Below are positions 27,162 to 36,564 of a stretch of DNA of 48,796 nucleotides, piece by piece. Below the pieces are notes generated by a model that saw nothing but the letters and a program-made list of their open reading frames with translations, did no database searches and had not been told where the DNA came from. Where the stretch lies: positions 1 to 48,796 of the forward strand of contig CALVTC010000002.1 in the NCBI GenBank assembly GCA_944359885.1, given 5' to 3'. Both the position numbers and the translations under genes were made by a program. Source of the stretch: an uncultured Bacilli bacterium. Its GTDB lineage: Bacteria; Bacillota_I; Bacilli_A; RF39; UBA660. The number at the start of each line of letters is the position of its first letter. Position 1 is the first letter of the stretch.

Positions 27162-29066
27162 TTAAGAAATTTGGTAATCATCTTCTAATGTAAATTCAAC
27201 ATTCTCATCGATCCATTCCTTACGTGGAGCAACTTCATCTCCCATCAAAACAGACACTCTTTTTTCAGCTAGCTGCGCATCCTCAATATTAACCCGAATT
27301 AAAGTACGAGTTCCTGGCTGCATAGTTGTCTCACACAACTGATCAGCATTCATCTCACCAAGTCCTTTGTATCGCTGAATCTCACATTTCTTACCCTTTG
27401 CCTTTTGTTGCATCTCCTCAACTGTATAAGCATACTCAATATTTTTACCAGATTGAATTTTAAATAGCGGAGGAAGCGCAACAAAAAGTCTACCATCCTC
27501 AATCAAAGGCCTCATATATCGATAGAAAAAAGTTAGAAGCAAACACTGAATATGTCCACCATCTTCATCAGCATCACTCATAATAATAACCTTACTATAC
27601 TCACAATCATGAATATCAAAATTAGCACCATAACCAGCACCAATCGTATAAATCATAGTATTAATCTCTTCATTTTTTAAAATATCTTCTTCTTTTGTCT
27701 TTTCAGTATTTAAAACCTTACCACGTAAAGGAAGAATTGCTTGATAACGTCTATCCCTTCCTTGCTTTGCAGAACCACCTGCACTATCTCCTTCGACTAA
27801 AAACAATTCTTTTTTACTTTTATCCTTACTAGTTGCTGGAGCAAGTTTTCCAGATAAACTTCTCTCTTCTTTCTTTTTACTTGTTCCCTTACGAGCTTCC
27901 TCTCTAGCTTTTCTAGCAGCTTCCCTAGCAATTTTACTTCTTAAACTCTTATTAATAATTTCAGTTGCAATAGATTTATTTTCTTCTAAGAAAACCCTCA
28001 TTTGCTCTGTAACAATATTTTCAACAGCTACTCTAGCACTAGGAGTACCAAGTTTACCTTTTGTTTGCCCTTCAAATTGCAATATACCTTCTGGAATTTT
28101 CAAACTGATAACTGCCGTCAAGCCCTCACGAACATCGCTTCCCTCCAAAGCCTTATCTTTTGCTTTCAAAAAACCATTATTCTTAGCATAATCATTAAAA
28201 ACTCTAGTTAGCGCAGTCTTAAAACCAACTTCATGCGTACCACCGTCAATAGTTTTAACATTATTAACAAAGCTAACAATTGTTTCATTATAAGAATCTG
28301 TATATTGCATCGCAACATCTACTTCCATCTTATCTCTAACACCAGTAATAGAAAGAACCTTATGCAAGACATTTTTACCCTTATTCATATCTTCAACAAA
28401 CTCTTCAATACCACGTTCATAATGAAACCTACTACTACGTTCATCCTCTTCATCAATAACTTCAATAGTAATTCCCTTTAAAAGGAAAGCGGACTCCTGC
28501 ATTCTTTCACAAACTGTTGTATAAGAAAAATTAGTACTAGAAAAAATAGAATCATCTGGTAAAAAACGAATGGTAGTTCCTGTTTTATTAGTAGTCCCAA
28601 TCTTTTTTAAAGGTACTGAAACATTACCACCATTTTCAAAGCGAATATAATACTCACTCTTATCATGCTTAATATCAACTTCCATCCACTTAGATAAAGC
28701 ATTAACAACACTAGCTCCAACACCATGAAGTCCACCAGATACTTTATAACCATCACTTTCAAATTTACCACCAGCATGAAGTACCGTAAAAATAACTTCA
28801 GGAGTAGAACGACCAGAAGCATGCATACCAGTAGGAATACCACGACCATGATCTTCTACACTAACAGACTTATCACTATGTAAAATAATTTTAATATAGT
28901 CACCAAAACCATTAATCGCCTCATCAATAGCATTATCTACAATTTCCCAGATAAGATGGTGAAGTCCTCTTTTATCAGTAGAACCAATATACATACCAGG
29001 TCTTTTTCGAACAGCTTCAAGTCCTTCTAATATTTTAATCGATGACTCATCATACTTTAATGCCAT
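27162..29066 (-). CDS. parE: DNA topoisomerase IV subunit B
   Basis: 634 aa. ILEGLEAVRKRPGMYIGST, the GHKL ATPase fold (GGLHGVGASVVNALS) and the Toprim EGDSAGGSAKQGRDR motif. Assigned to ParE through pairing with the ParC-type gene. Confidence 0.88.
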   Translation of the reverse strand: MALKYDESSIKILEGLEAVRKRPGMYIGSTDKRGLHHLIWEIVDNAIDEAINGFGDYIKIILHSDKSVSVEDHGRGIPTGMHASGRSTPEVIFTVLHAGGKFESDGYKVSGGLHGVGASVVNALSKWMEVDIKHDKSEYYIRFENGGNVSVPLKKIGTTNKTGTTIRFLPDDSIFSSTNFSYTTVCERMQESAFLLKGITIEVIDEEDERSSRFHYERGIEEFVEDMNKGKNVLHKVLSITGVRDKMEVDVAMQYTDSYNETIVSFVNNVKTIDGGTHEVGFKTALTRVFNDYAKNNGFLKAKDKALEGSDVREGLTAVISLKIPEGILQFEGQTKGKLGTPSARVAVENIVTEQMRVFLEENKSIATEIINKSLRSKIAREAARKAREEARKGTSKKKEERSLSGKLAPATSKDKSKKELFLVEGDSAGGSAKQGRDRRYQAILPLRGKVLNTEKTKEEDILKNEEINTMIYTIGAGYGANFDIHDCEYSKVIIMSDADEDGGHIQCLLLTFFYRYMRPLIEDGRLFVALPPLFKIQSGKNIEYAYTVEEMQQKAKGKKCEIQRYKGLGEMNADQLCETTMQPGTRTLIRVNIEDAQLAEKRVSVLMGDEVAPRKEWIDENVEFTLEDDYQIS

Positions 29067-29096
29067 TTATTATCACTCCTAATCCAACTACTACTT

Positions 29097-29124
29097 ATTA
29101 TAACAAAAAAGTAAAGTTTTTCAA
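29097..29124 (-). promoter_or_regulatory. Candidate promoter of the parE operon
   Basis: Minus strand: TTGAAA (29119-29124), a 16-nt spacer, then TATAAT (29097-29102), about 30 nt upstream of the parE ATG. It overlaps the upstream terminator hairpin. Confidence 0.4.
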
Positions 29125-29137
29125 AACAAACTTTACT
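29104..29137 (-). terminator. Rho-independent terminator upstream of parE
   Basis: Minus strand: perfect 10-bp stem AGTAAAGTTT-gttttgaa-AAACTTTACT followed by TTTTTT. Confidence 0.6.
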
Positions 29138-29306
29138 TTATTTGACACAATCAAAACAACAATTATTTCTTCTTTACCTTTTCACTGTTTCCATCACTTC
29201 CATAAATAAGTAACAATAAAGCATCTTCAATAACAAAAAATTCATCATTAGCACATACAATAATAGTAAAAAGCAAAATAAAAAGGCACTACTCTGTAAT
29301 GTCTTT

Positions 29307-29474
29307 TTAATCAATATCTTCCAACTTATCATAAGTCATTTTAGCAGCATTCTTAGCCATTTCTTTCATGTTTGACATAGCATTAGGATTCTTTTTCATA
29401 TACATATATCCTGCTACTCCCATACCACCAAGAATTGCTGCCCAAAACATTTTATTCATGGTTTTCTTTTCCAT
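29307..29474 (-). CDS. Small (55 aa) membrane protein, absent from the ORF track
   Basis: Hand translation: MEKKTMNKMFWAAILGGMGVAGYMYMKKNPNAMSNMKEMAKNAAKMTYDKLEDID. SD GAGGTGA lies 5 nt upstream of the ATG. One hydrophobic helix is followed by an amphipathic tail. The gene starts 36 nt after the recD2 stop. Confidence 0.5.
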   Translation of the reverse strand: MEKKTMNKMFWAAILGGMGVAGYMYMKKNPNAMSNMKEMAKNAAKMTYDKLEDID

Positions 29475-29510
29475 ATTTTTCACCTCATTTTTATTATGAA
29501 GTGTTTTTTT

Positions 29511-31709
29511 CTATTTTATACCATTTTCTAGAAAATCTTGAATTGTTGTCCTTCTAATATCAGAAGAAATATTACGGACTGCTTGATGAAGAGCACCAAT
29601 ATCTCCTATAATATATAACATTTTTTTACTTCTAGTAATTCCCGTATAAACAAGTCTTCGATAAAGCATCTTCCTATATCCCTTGACAATAGGCATGACA
29701 ACAACATCAAATTCGCTTCCCTGGGATTTATGAATAGAAATAGCATAAGCTAATCGAAATTTATTAAAGTTAGCAGCAGTAAACACAACCTCATTCCCAT
29801 CAAAATCAATTGTAATTTTCTTACTAGGTTGCACACTAATCTGACTAATAATTCCAATATCTCCATTGTAAATATTTTCTTCTGGCATATTGCTAAGTTC
29901 AATTACTTTATCTCCTTCACGGAAAACCACTTCTCCAACAACCAACTCTTTTTTTGACTTATCTTTTGGATTAAAAATCTTTTGTAACTCTTGATTAATC
30001 ACATCAATCCCATGTCTTGTTTTATACATTGGTGCCAAAACCTGAAAATTTTTATAAGATAAATCTTTAAATGTAGAACATACATCCATCAAATTAGAGA
30101 TAACATCATTATCTTGACAATCAATAAAAGTCAAATCATCATCTTGGTTAAAGACATCTTCTTCTACATTACCATTTCTAACATCATAAGCAAGCGTCAA
30201 AATATTAGAATCTTTTCCTTGACGATACAACTCTTTCAAAGTAACAACTGGTAATACTCCACTTTCAATAACATCATGTAATACTTGTCCAGGTCCAACA
30301 GAAGGTAACTGATAACTATCACCCACCATAATAACTTTACAATTAGCAGAAATACCACGCAATAAACTAGCCATCAGCAAAGTATCCACCATACTAGCTT
30401 CATCTAAAATAATCACTTCTGCCTTGCTTTTATGATACTCATTAACTTGAAACTTATTCGTATCTTTCTGCCATTTTAAAAAACGATGAATAGTACTTGC
30501 TGGCATCAAAGTAGCATCACTCATCCTCTTTGCTGCTCTACCGGTAGGAGCAAGCAAAAAAACTTTCTCTAACAATTGATCATAACTCAATTTATAAACT
30601 TCTTTATAAAGTTCTAATATTCCTTTCATAATAGTAGTCTTACCAGTTCCAGGTCCACCAGTAATAACCAAAAAATGTTTACAAACACTATCTAAAATTG
30701 CTTTTCTTTGTTCTTCATTATAAGAAATACCAAAAACTTTTTCCATCTCTAAAAACTTATCATTTAAATTTTTAAACTCCTCGTCCTTCTTATGAGCAAG
30801 TAAGCGGAATCGTTTTACAATCAACGTCTCTGCCTCATACATATCTTTTAAATAATACTTTCCATCCTTCTCGATAACCATCAGATCTTCTTTCAAAGAC
30901 TCCATTGCCTCTTGAAAAATCTCTTCATGAATAAGAACTAACAAAACACGTGGTAAATATTCAAATATTTCATCATAGAAAAAATAACTATGGCCATACG
31001 TATTACCAACTTCCTCCATAATATATAAAATAGCTGCACGTATTCTAATATTAGCATCTTTATCAATACCATTTTTAAGAGCAATTCGATCAATCTTTTT
31101 AAAATTAAGCTCATAAATATCATACTCTAATTGATAAATATCTTGACTGATTACATCTTTTACCCTATCTTTATAATAATTACAAATAAGCATAGAATCT
31201 TTAGTAGAAAACCCAAGATTTGACAAATATAAAACGACTTCATAACTAGACTCATATTCTTTTAATTTTGTATGTAAGGTATCAATATTTTTACGTGTAA
31301 TTCCTGGAATCAAAATCAAATTATCCGGATTTTCTAAAATAATCTGTAGAGTATCTTTTCCTAAAACATCAACAATCGTTTTAGCTTTCTTTTCACCAAT
31401 CCCTTTAAATAGTCCACTCGTTAAAAATTCAACAATAGCATCTTTTTCTTCTGGTTTACATCTTTCATAACTAGAAACAGAAAATTGCTTTCCATATTTA
31501 GGATGCTCTACCATTTGTCCAAAAAAAAGATAAGTATCCATATCATTAAGTTCATGAAAATATCCCGTAAAAGTAATGGTTTTATCTAAAAAGGGCGTAA
31601 ATTCATCACAATTTGTCTCTATTACTTTAAAAAGACCAATATGATAACCATTCCCATTCTGATAAATACTTCTTTGATAATGTCCCTTAATATAGTTATC
31701 CATACTCAA
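29511..31709 (-). CDS. recD2: ATP-dependent RecD2-type (RecD/TraA family) DNA helicase
   Basis: 732 aa. Walker A GGPGTGKTT, DEASMVD, and C-terminal YAISIHKSQGSEFD and TRSKK motifs. The N-terminal domain organisation is typical of RecD2. Confidence 0.9.
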   Translation of the reverse strand: MSMDNYIKGHYQRSIYQNGNGYHIGLFKVIETNCDEFTPFLDKTITFTGYFHELNDMDTYLFFGQMVEHPKYGKQFSVSSYERCKPEEKDAIVEFLTSGLFKGIGEKKAKTIVDVLGKDTLQIILENPDNLILIPGITRKNIDTLHTKLKEYESSYEVVLYLSNLGFSTKDSMLICNYYKDRVKDVISQDIYQLEYDIYELNFKKIDRIALKNGIDKDANIRIRAAILYIMEEVGNTYGHSYFFYDEIFEYLPRVLLVLIHEEIFQEAMESLKEDLMVIEKDGKYYLKDMYEAETLIVKRFRLLAHKKDEEFKNLNDKFLEMEKVFGISYNEEQRKAILDSVCKHFLVITGGPGTGKTTIMKGILELYKEVYKLSYDQLLEKVFLLAPTGRAAKRMSDATLMPASTIHRFLKWQKDTNKFQVNEYHKSKAEVIILDEASMVDTLLMASLLRGISANCKVIMVGDSYQLPSVGPGQVLHDVIESGVLPVVTLKELYRQGKDSNILTLAYDVRNGNVEEDVFNQDDDLTFIDCQDNDVISNLMDVCSTFKDLSYKNFQVLAPMYKTRHGIDVINQELQKIFNPKDKSKKELVVGEVVFREGDKVIELSNMPEENIYNGDIGIISQISVQPSKKITIDFDGNEVVFTAANFNKFRLAYAISIHKSQGSEFDVVVMPIVKGYRKMLYRRLVYTGITRSKKMLYIIGDIGALHQAVRNISSDIRRTTIQDFLENGIK

Positions 31710-31743
31710 TCCCCTCTCTTTAGTGAGCCACTAGAAAAATAAA

Positions 31744-33030
31744 TTACTTTAACAAAGAAGTATCAGCAACACAATAAGGATAAGATACTTCTTTAATAGG
31801 AACAGTAACAAAAGTATTATGAGGAATTTCTCTATCTAGTTCTACATGTAAATAAGTATCTGTGTGTCCATAACTCTTACCGTTTTTCACATCTTCTATC
31901 AACACTTCTACATTTTTCCCAATAAAAGATTGAAAATACTTCATTTCCAATTCTTTAGATACTTCTAAAAGTTCTCTAGCACGACTCTTCTTAATAGCAG
32001 CATCAATGTGATTATCCAACTCCATTGCTTTTGTTCCTTTTCTTTCGCTATAAGGAAATACATGAATTTTCGTAAATCCTATACTCTTGCAAGTTGAAAT
32101 CGTCTTTTTAAAATCCGCATCACTCTCACCAGGAAACCCAACAATGACATCGGTCGTAATAGCCATATCAGGACGAATGGTTCGAATATCACGAATCTTT
32201 TGAAAAAAATAATCTAAATCATATTTACGATTCATAAGTTGCAAAACATGATTACTTCCCGCTTGTAATGGAATATGCATATGATTAACAATAACCGAAT
32301 TATCTTTCATAACTTCTAAAACATCATCCGTTAATTCTGTTATTTCAATAGATGAAATACGTAAACGGCGAAGACCATCAATTTCAACAATCCTACGAAG
32401 TAAATCAGCAAAACTAGTATCCAAATCCACTCCATAATTACCAGTATGAATACCAGTTAATACAACTTCTTGATAGCCATGAAGAACTAAATCAGTAATT
32501 TCTTTCACAACAACATCTGACTCCTTACTGCGACACTTTCCACGTACATAAGGAATGATACAATAAGAACAAAAATTCTCACATCCATCTTGAATTTTAA
32601 CAAAAGCTCTAGTTCTACCCGGAAATTCATTAATATACATATCTTCAAACTTTCTAGGTAGTTCTTGATATAAATGACGAATATCTTCCCTTTTAGAAAA
32701 CCATTCATCTAAAAGTTCAATAATTTTAGATTTATCTCTATTACCAAGTACAATATCTAACCCAGGAATAGAAAAATCTTTATTCGCTTCAATAAAACAC
32801 CCCATCGCAACAACACAAGCATCTGGATTCCTTCGAATTGCTTTTCGAATCATCTTACGAGACTTAATATCACTAGTATTAGTAACTGTACAAGTATTAA
32901 TAATATAAACATCACAAATATCATCAAAATTTTTAATTTCATAATGATTCTCTTTTAATAAATGAATAATATATTCACTTTCATAAGTATTTACTTTACA
33001 TCCCAATGTTAAAATTCCAACTGTATGCAA
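31744..33030 (-). CDS. mtaB: tRNA t6A37 methylthiotransferase MtaB (radical SAM, MiaB-like)
   Basis: 428 aa. N-terminal UPF0004 Cys triad (LGCKVN, NTCTVT, GC) and radical SAM CSYCIIPYVRG. TTG start, with SD AGGGAG inside the upstream gene's end. Confidence 0.8.
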   Translation of the reverse strand: MHTVGILTLGCKVNTYESEYIIHLLKENHYEIKNFDDICDVYIINTCTVTNTSDIKSRKMIRKAIRRNPDACVVAMGCFIEANKDFSIPGLDIVLGNRDKSKIIELLDEWFSKREDIRHLYQELPRKFEDMYINEFPGRTRAFVKIQDGCENFCSYCIIPYVRGKCRSKESDVVVKEITDLVLHGYQEVVLTGIHTGNYGVDLDTSFADLLRRIVEIDGLRRLRISSIEITELTDDVLEVMKDNSVIVNHMHIPLQAGSNHVLQLMNRKYDLDYFFQKIRDIRTIRPDMAITTDVIVGFPGESDADFKKTISTCKSIGFTKIHVFPYSERKGTKAMELDNHIDAAIKKSRARELLEVSKELEMKYFQSFIGKNVEVLIEDVKNGKSYGHTDTYLHVELDREIPHNTFVTVPIKEVSYPYCVADTSLLK

Positions 33031-33031
33031 T

Positions 33032-33799
33032 TTACTCCCTACTTTCTTTAAACTCTTGATACCAACTATCTAATTTACCAATCGCACTATCAACAACGTC
33101 TTTTCCCTTTTCAATCACACTTGATCCAATATCTTTTCCCTTTTCTATATAAGGAGAATAAGCATCTTGAAACCGATTCTTATCCTCTTCAAAAGTATCT
33201 ACAACATTTTGATAAGAATTCTCCCCAACCTGTTCTTTATATTTAGAAATGATACTATCCTTTAACTCTCGAGCTTTATCAACAACAGTAGTATAACTTC
33301 TCTCTGCAGTAGATTTTATATTTTCTTTATAATTAGGAAATCTACTTTCAATATAAGAATCTATATTATAATAAAGTGTAAGTATTTTCTCTTTGGCAGT
33401 ATTCGTTAACTCTTGAAAAGTAACACCTTTAATACTCCCACCATAAAAAATAAAATCAGTAAGCGTAATAAAAGTATCTTCTAATTTTTCTTTAAGATTC
33501 TCTTCTTCTCCTTTTTGTTGTGATAACTGTTCTACTTCCTTTGTCACATGTTCCACATAAGAAACAACTTCCGCCTCATCTTTTGCTGGCAAAGTATCCA
33601 CAAACAAACTCTGATTAGAAAATGACTCTACATTCTCTGATGATTGATCATCATTCATATCTATCTTTTGATTCATATCTACAGCATCTTTTGTACTGCG
33701 ACTTCCCACCTTGTCAAATGGAATAACCAAAATAACTAATAAAATAATGATAATAATAAGACATATTAATATTGCAATATCTAATGGATGCTTCTTCAT
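33032..33799 (-). CDS. N-terminally membrane-anchored acidic coiled-coil protein
   Basis: I prefer the ATG at 33799 (MKKHPLD, SD GAGGTG) over the ORF-track start at 33853. One TM helix, then a charged helical region. No family recognised. Confidence 0.5.
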   Translation of the reverse strand: MKKHPLDIAILICLIIIIILLVILVIPFDKVGSRSTKDAVDMNQKIDMNDDQSSENVESFSNQSLFVDTLPAKDEAEVVSYVEHVTKEVEQLSQQKGEEENLKEKLEDTFITLTDFIFYGGSIKGVTFQELTNTAKEKILTLYYNIDSYIESRFPNYKENIKSTAERSYTTVVDKARELKDSIISKYKEQVGENSYQNVVDTFEEDKNRFQDAYSPYIEKGKDIGSSVIEKGKDVVDSAIGKLDSWYQEFKESRE

Positions 33800-33891
33800 A
33801 GACAACACCTCATTTCGTGTCAAAATTATAACACAAATAAGATACTTTTTCAACTAAAGAAAAAGCCCTCTAAAAGGGCATACAAACAAAT

Positions 33892-34938
33892 CTAATCTAA
33901 TTTTTTCTGCAATTCTTTTAAAGTCATTAAAAATTCATTTGTTTTTCGTATTTCTTCATCTAATTTTTCGTAATTTGCCGTATTTTCAAGTTCAATATCA
34001 GAATTACTTTGAACAGCAGGCCTTTCTATTCCAAAGACTGGAGAAATAACAGGACTGCTCTGAAATTTCTTATGTTCTTGATATACTGGTTTTTCTTCTT
34101 TTTTAACATTAACATCTACAGTAGTAAAATTAATACTAGGACTAGCAGTTACAAAATCATCAAGCTTCATTTGTTCGGTACTATCTACCGTAGAAACAAT
34201 AACTGGTTCACTTTCAACAGCAACATCAGCATCTACTTGAACAGACTTCATGCGCTCTTCTAAATCCTGAAGACTAATTGGTTCATTTCCTTCATCGTCT
34301 AACTTTTCTAATTCACCATTTTCATATAAAGTCTTATTACGGCGCATCAATTCATCCAAACTAATAATAGCATTCTGTTCTTGCTCTTCTTCAAAAGCAG
34401 TTAAATCAATATTTTTTACTTCTTCTTCCGCTTTTTCTAAAACTTCTGTCAAACGCATAAGTTCAGCCTGTGCCTCACTTGGATCTGGTTCAATACTAGT
34501 ATATTGCAACTCCTCCTGTGGATGAATATTTTCTTCTTTTGGCACCACAACCACTTCAGGAGTAACATTCTCTACCACTATAGGAGTATCCTCTACTTTA
34601 TCATTAACAGTCAAAATTTCTGGTAAAGGAGATACTGTATCAGAAGAAACAGAATCTAAAGAGACCTCTTCAGGAACAACTGCTACCACTTCTTCTTTTT
34701 TAGAATCAGTTGTAATTAATACAGGTTCTTTTTCTACATTACTCACATTCTCATTATTTTGACTTTCTTCACTCTCATCAACAATCTTTTGTAATTCTCG
34801 AGTATTTTGTCTCTGTTTTCTCTTATAATAAGTCTTATCCAAAAAATAAATTATAAAATATAAAACGGATGCAATCCCAACCAGCGAATACACCACAATC
34901 ATTTCTTCCGTTGTTAAAAATTCGATTAATCCGTTCAT
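33892..34938 (-). CDS. N-terminally membrane-anchored, Val/Glu-rich acidic protein
   Basis: I prefer the ATG at 34938 (MNGLIEF, SD GAGGTGGA). One TM helix, a low-complexity V/E/P/S region and a conserved-looking C-terminus (PVISPVFGIERP ... TLKELQKKLD). No family recognised. Confidence 0.5.
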   Translation of the reverse strand: MNGLIEFLTTEEMIVVYSLVGIASVLYFIIYFLDKTYYKRKQRQNTRELQKIVDESEESQNNENVSNVEKEPVLITTDSKKEEVVAVVPEEVSLDSVSSDTVSPLPEILTVNDKVEDTPIVVENVTPEVVVVPKEENIHPQEELQYTSIEPDPSEAQAELMRLTEVLEKAEEEVKNIDLTAFEEEQEQNAIISLDELMRRNKTLYENGELEKLDDEGNEPISLQDLEERMKSVQVDADVAVESEPVIVSTVDSTEQMKLDDFVTASPSINFTTVDVNVKKEEKPVYQEHKKFQSSPVISPVFGIERPAVQSNSDIELENTANYEKLDEEIRKTNEFLMTLKELQKKLD

Positions 34939-35182
34939 TATTTCCACCTCTACAACTAGTCTACCATACCCCTTAAAAAAGAATAAAGTACTAACCCTAA
35001 ATTTCTATCATTTTTCATTTTTTTGACAAATTTTATTTACATATTTTTACAATTGTTCGATTGACACTTATTTACAAAGAAAATCAGAACATATCTTTAT
35101 ATCAATCATATCATAAAATAAAATTTTGTGAATACTTTTGAAAGAATTTAATAGAAAAATTTTTAAAACATATACTGGTACC

Positions 35183-36487
35183 ATGAAAGAAAAATTTTTA
35201 AAATCCGTCTTCATCCTATTAATAGGTGGACTATTAACAAAAGTATTAGGTATGCTAATAAAAATAATTATGTCAAGACTAATTGGAACAGAAGGATTAG
35301 GACTTTATATGATGGTTCTACCAACATTTTCTTTATTTATTGGTCTTGGTCAATTTGGACTTCCTACTGCATTATCTAAACTAATTGCAGAAAAAAGAAA
35401 AAATAATGTAAAACTATTCTTCTCAATACTTCCAATCTCTTTAATCATTAATTTCATACTAATTTTTACAATTATTATAATTGCCCCCGTTCTATCAAAT
35501 AACCTTCTTCACGACCCAAGATGTTACTTACCAATCTTAGCAATTGCTGTTGTAATTCCATTTACAAGTTTATCCAGTATTTGCAGAAGCTATTTCTTCG
35601 GTAAAGAAAAAATGGCTCCACACGTCATTTCTAATTTAGTAGAAGATGTTGTAAGATTAACTCTAATGATAATTGGAATTCCATTCTTTTTACCAAAAGG
35701 ACTAGAATATGCTGTATGTTATATTATTTTATCTAATGTAATAAGTGAAGCAGCATCTATCGTCATTTTATTTATATTTTTACCAAAGCATTTACAAATC
35801 AAAAAAGAAGATTTAATACCAAAAAAAGATTATATGAAAGAATCCCTTTCAATTGGAATTCCAAACACAACGGGAAGACTACTTGGAAGTTTTGGCTATT
35901 TTCTAGAACCAATACTATTAACAACTACTCTATTAAAGGTAGGATACTCAACAAAATATATTACAACCGAATATGGTATATTATCAGGATATGCCATGCC
36001 ACTTTTACTGCTTCCATCATTTTTTACCATGGCCATATCACAAGCTCTATTACCAATCGTATCTAGAGAATATACAAGAGGAAATTATACTTATGTAAGA
36101 AGAAAAATAAAACAAGCAATTACCTATTCCCTCATGATAGGAATACCAGTAACTATCTTTTTTATCCTGTGTCCCGAGATTCCCTTAAAAATAATCTATC
36201 ATACAACAGAAGGTACTGCCTATATTCGTATGCTTGCACCCATTTGCCTATTCCAATACATTCAGTCTCCTCTAGCATCTGCACTCGATGCCATGGGAAA
36301 AAGTAAAGACGCCATGAAAGCAACTACAATTGGAGTTTTTATAAGATCTATATTTTTAGTATTACTATCCTTATTAAAAATAGGACTCTGGGGACTTATT
36401 ATCGCAATATCCCTAAACGTACTGGCAGTAACCTTCTATTCAATAAAAAAAGTTAAAAAACATCTTGCTACCCCTTCTTTCACATAA
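35183..36487 (+). CDS. SpoVB/MurJ-like MOP-superfamily flippase
   Basis: About 434 aa polytopic membrane protein. The N-terminus MKEKFLKSVFILLIGGLLTKVLGMLIKIIMSRLIGTEGLGLYMMVLP aligns by eye with Bacillus SpoVB from its first residue, so I prefer the ATG at 35183 over the TTG at 35138. No clear SD is present. Confidence 0.7.
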   Translation: MKEKFLKSVFILLIGGLLTKVLGMLIKIIMSRLIGTEGLGLYMMVLPTFSLFIGLGQFGLPTALSKLIAEKRKNNVKLFFSILPISLIINFILIFTIIIIAPVLSNNLLHDPRCYLPILAIAVVIPFTSLSSICRSYFFGKEKMAPHVISNLVEDVVRLTLMIIGIPFFLPKGLEYAVCYIILSNVISEAASIVILFIFLPKHLQIKKEDLIPKKDYMKESLSIGIPNTTGRLLGSFGYFLEPILLTTTLLKVGYSTKYITTEYGILSGYAMPLLLLPSFFTMAISQALLPIVSREYTRGNYTYVRRKIKQAITYSLMIGIPVTIFFILCPEIPLKIIYHTTEGTAYIRMLAPICLFQYIQSPLASALDAMGKSKDAMKATTIGVFIRSIFLVLLSLLKIGLWGLIIAISLNVLAVTFYSIKKVKKHLATPSFT

Positions 36488-36564
36488 AATACTAAAAAAA
36501 TGCTTGATATTTCACGCAATTTACACATTATTTAGTATAATATTACTACAGGGAGGGATTTCAG

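Noticed and set aside
22126-29066. Alternative assignment of the two topoisomerase genes as gyrB/gyrA.
   Set aside because: The A subunit has the ParC-type N-terminus ([33 protein letters not shown]) and I saw no GyrA-box in the C-terminal domain. The locus also lacks the dnaA-dnaN-recF context usual for gyrBA. A phylogeny would settle it.
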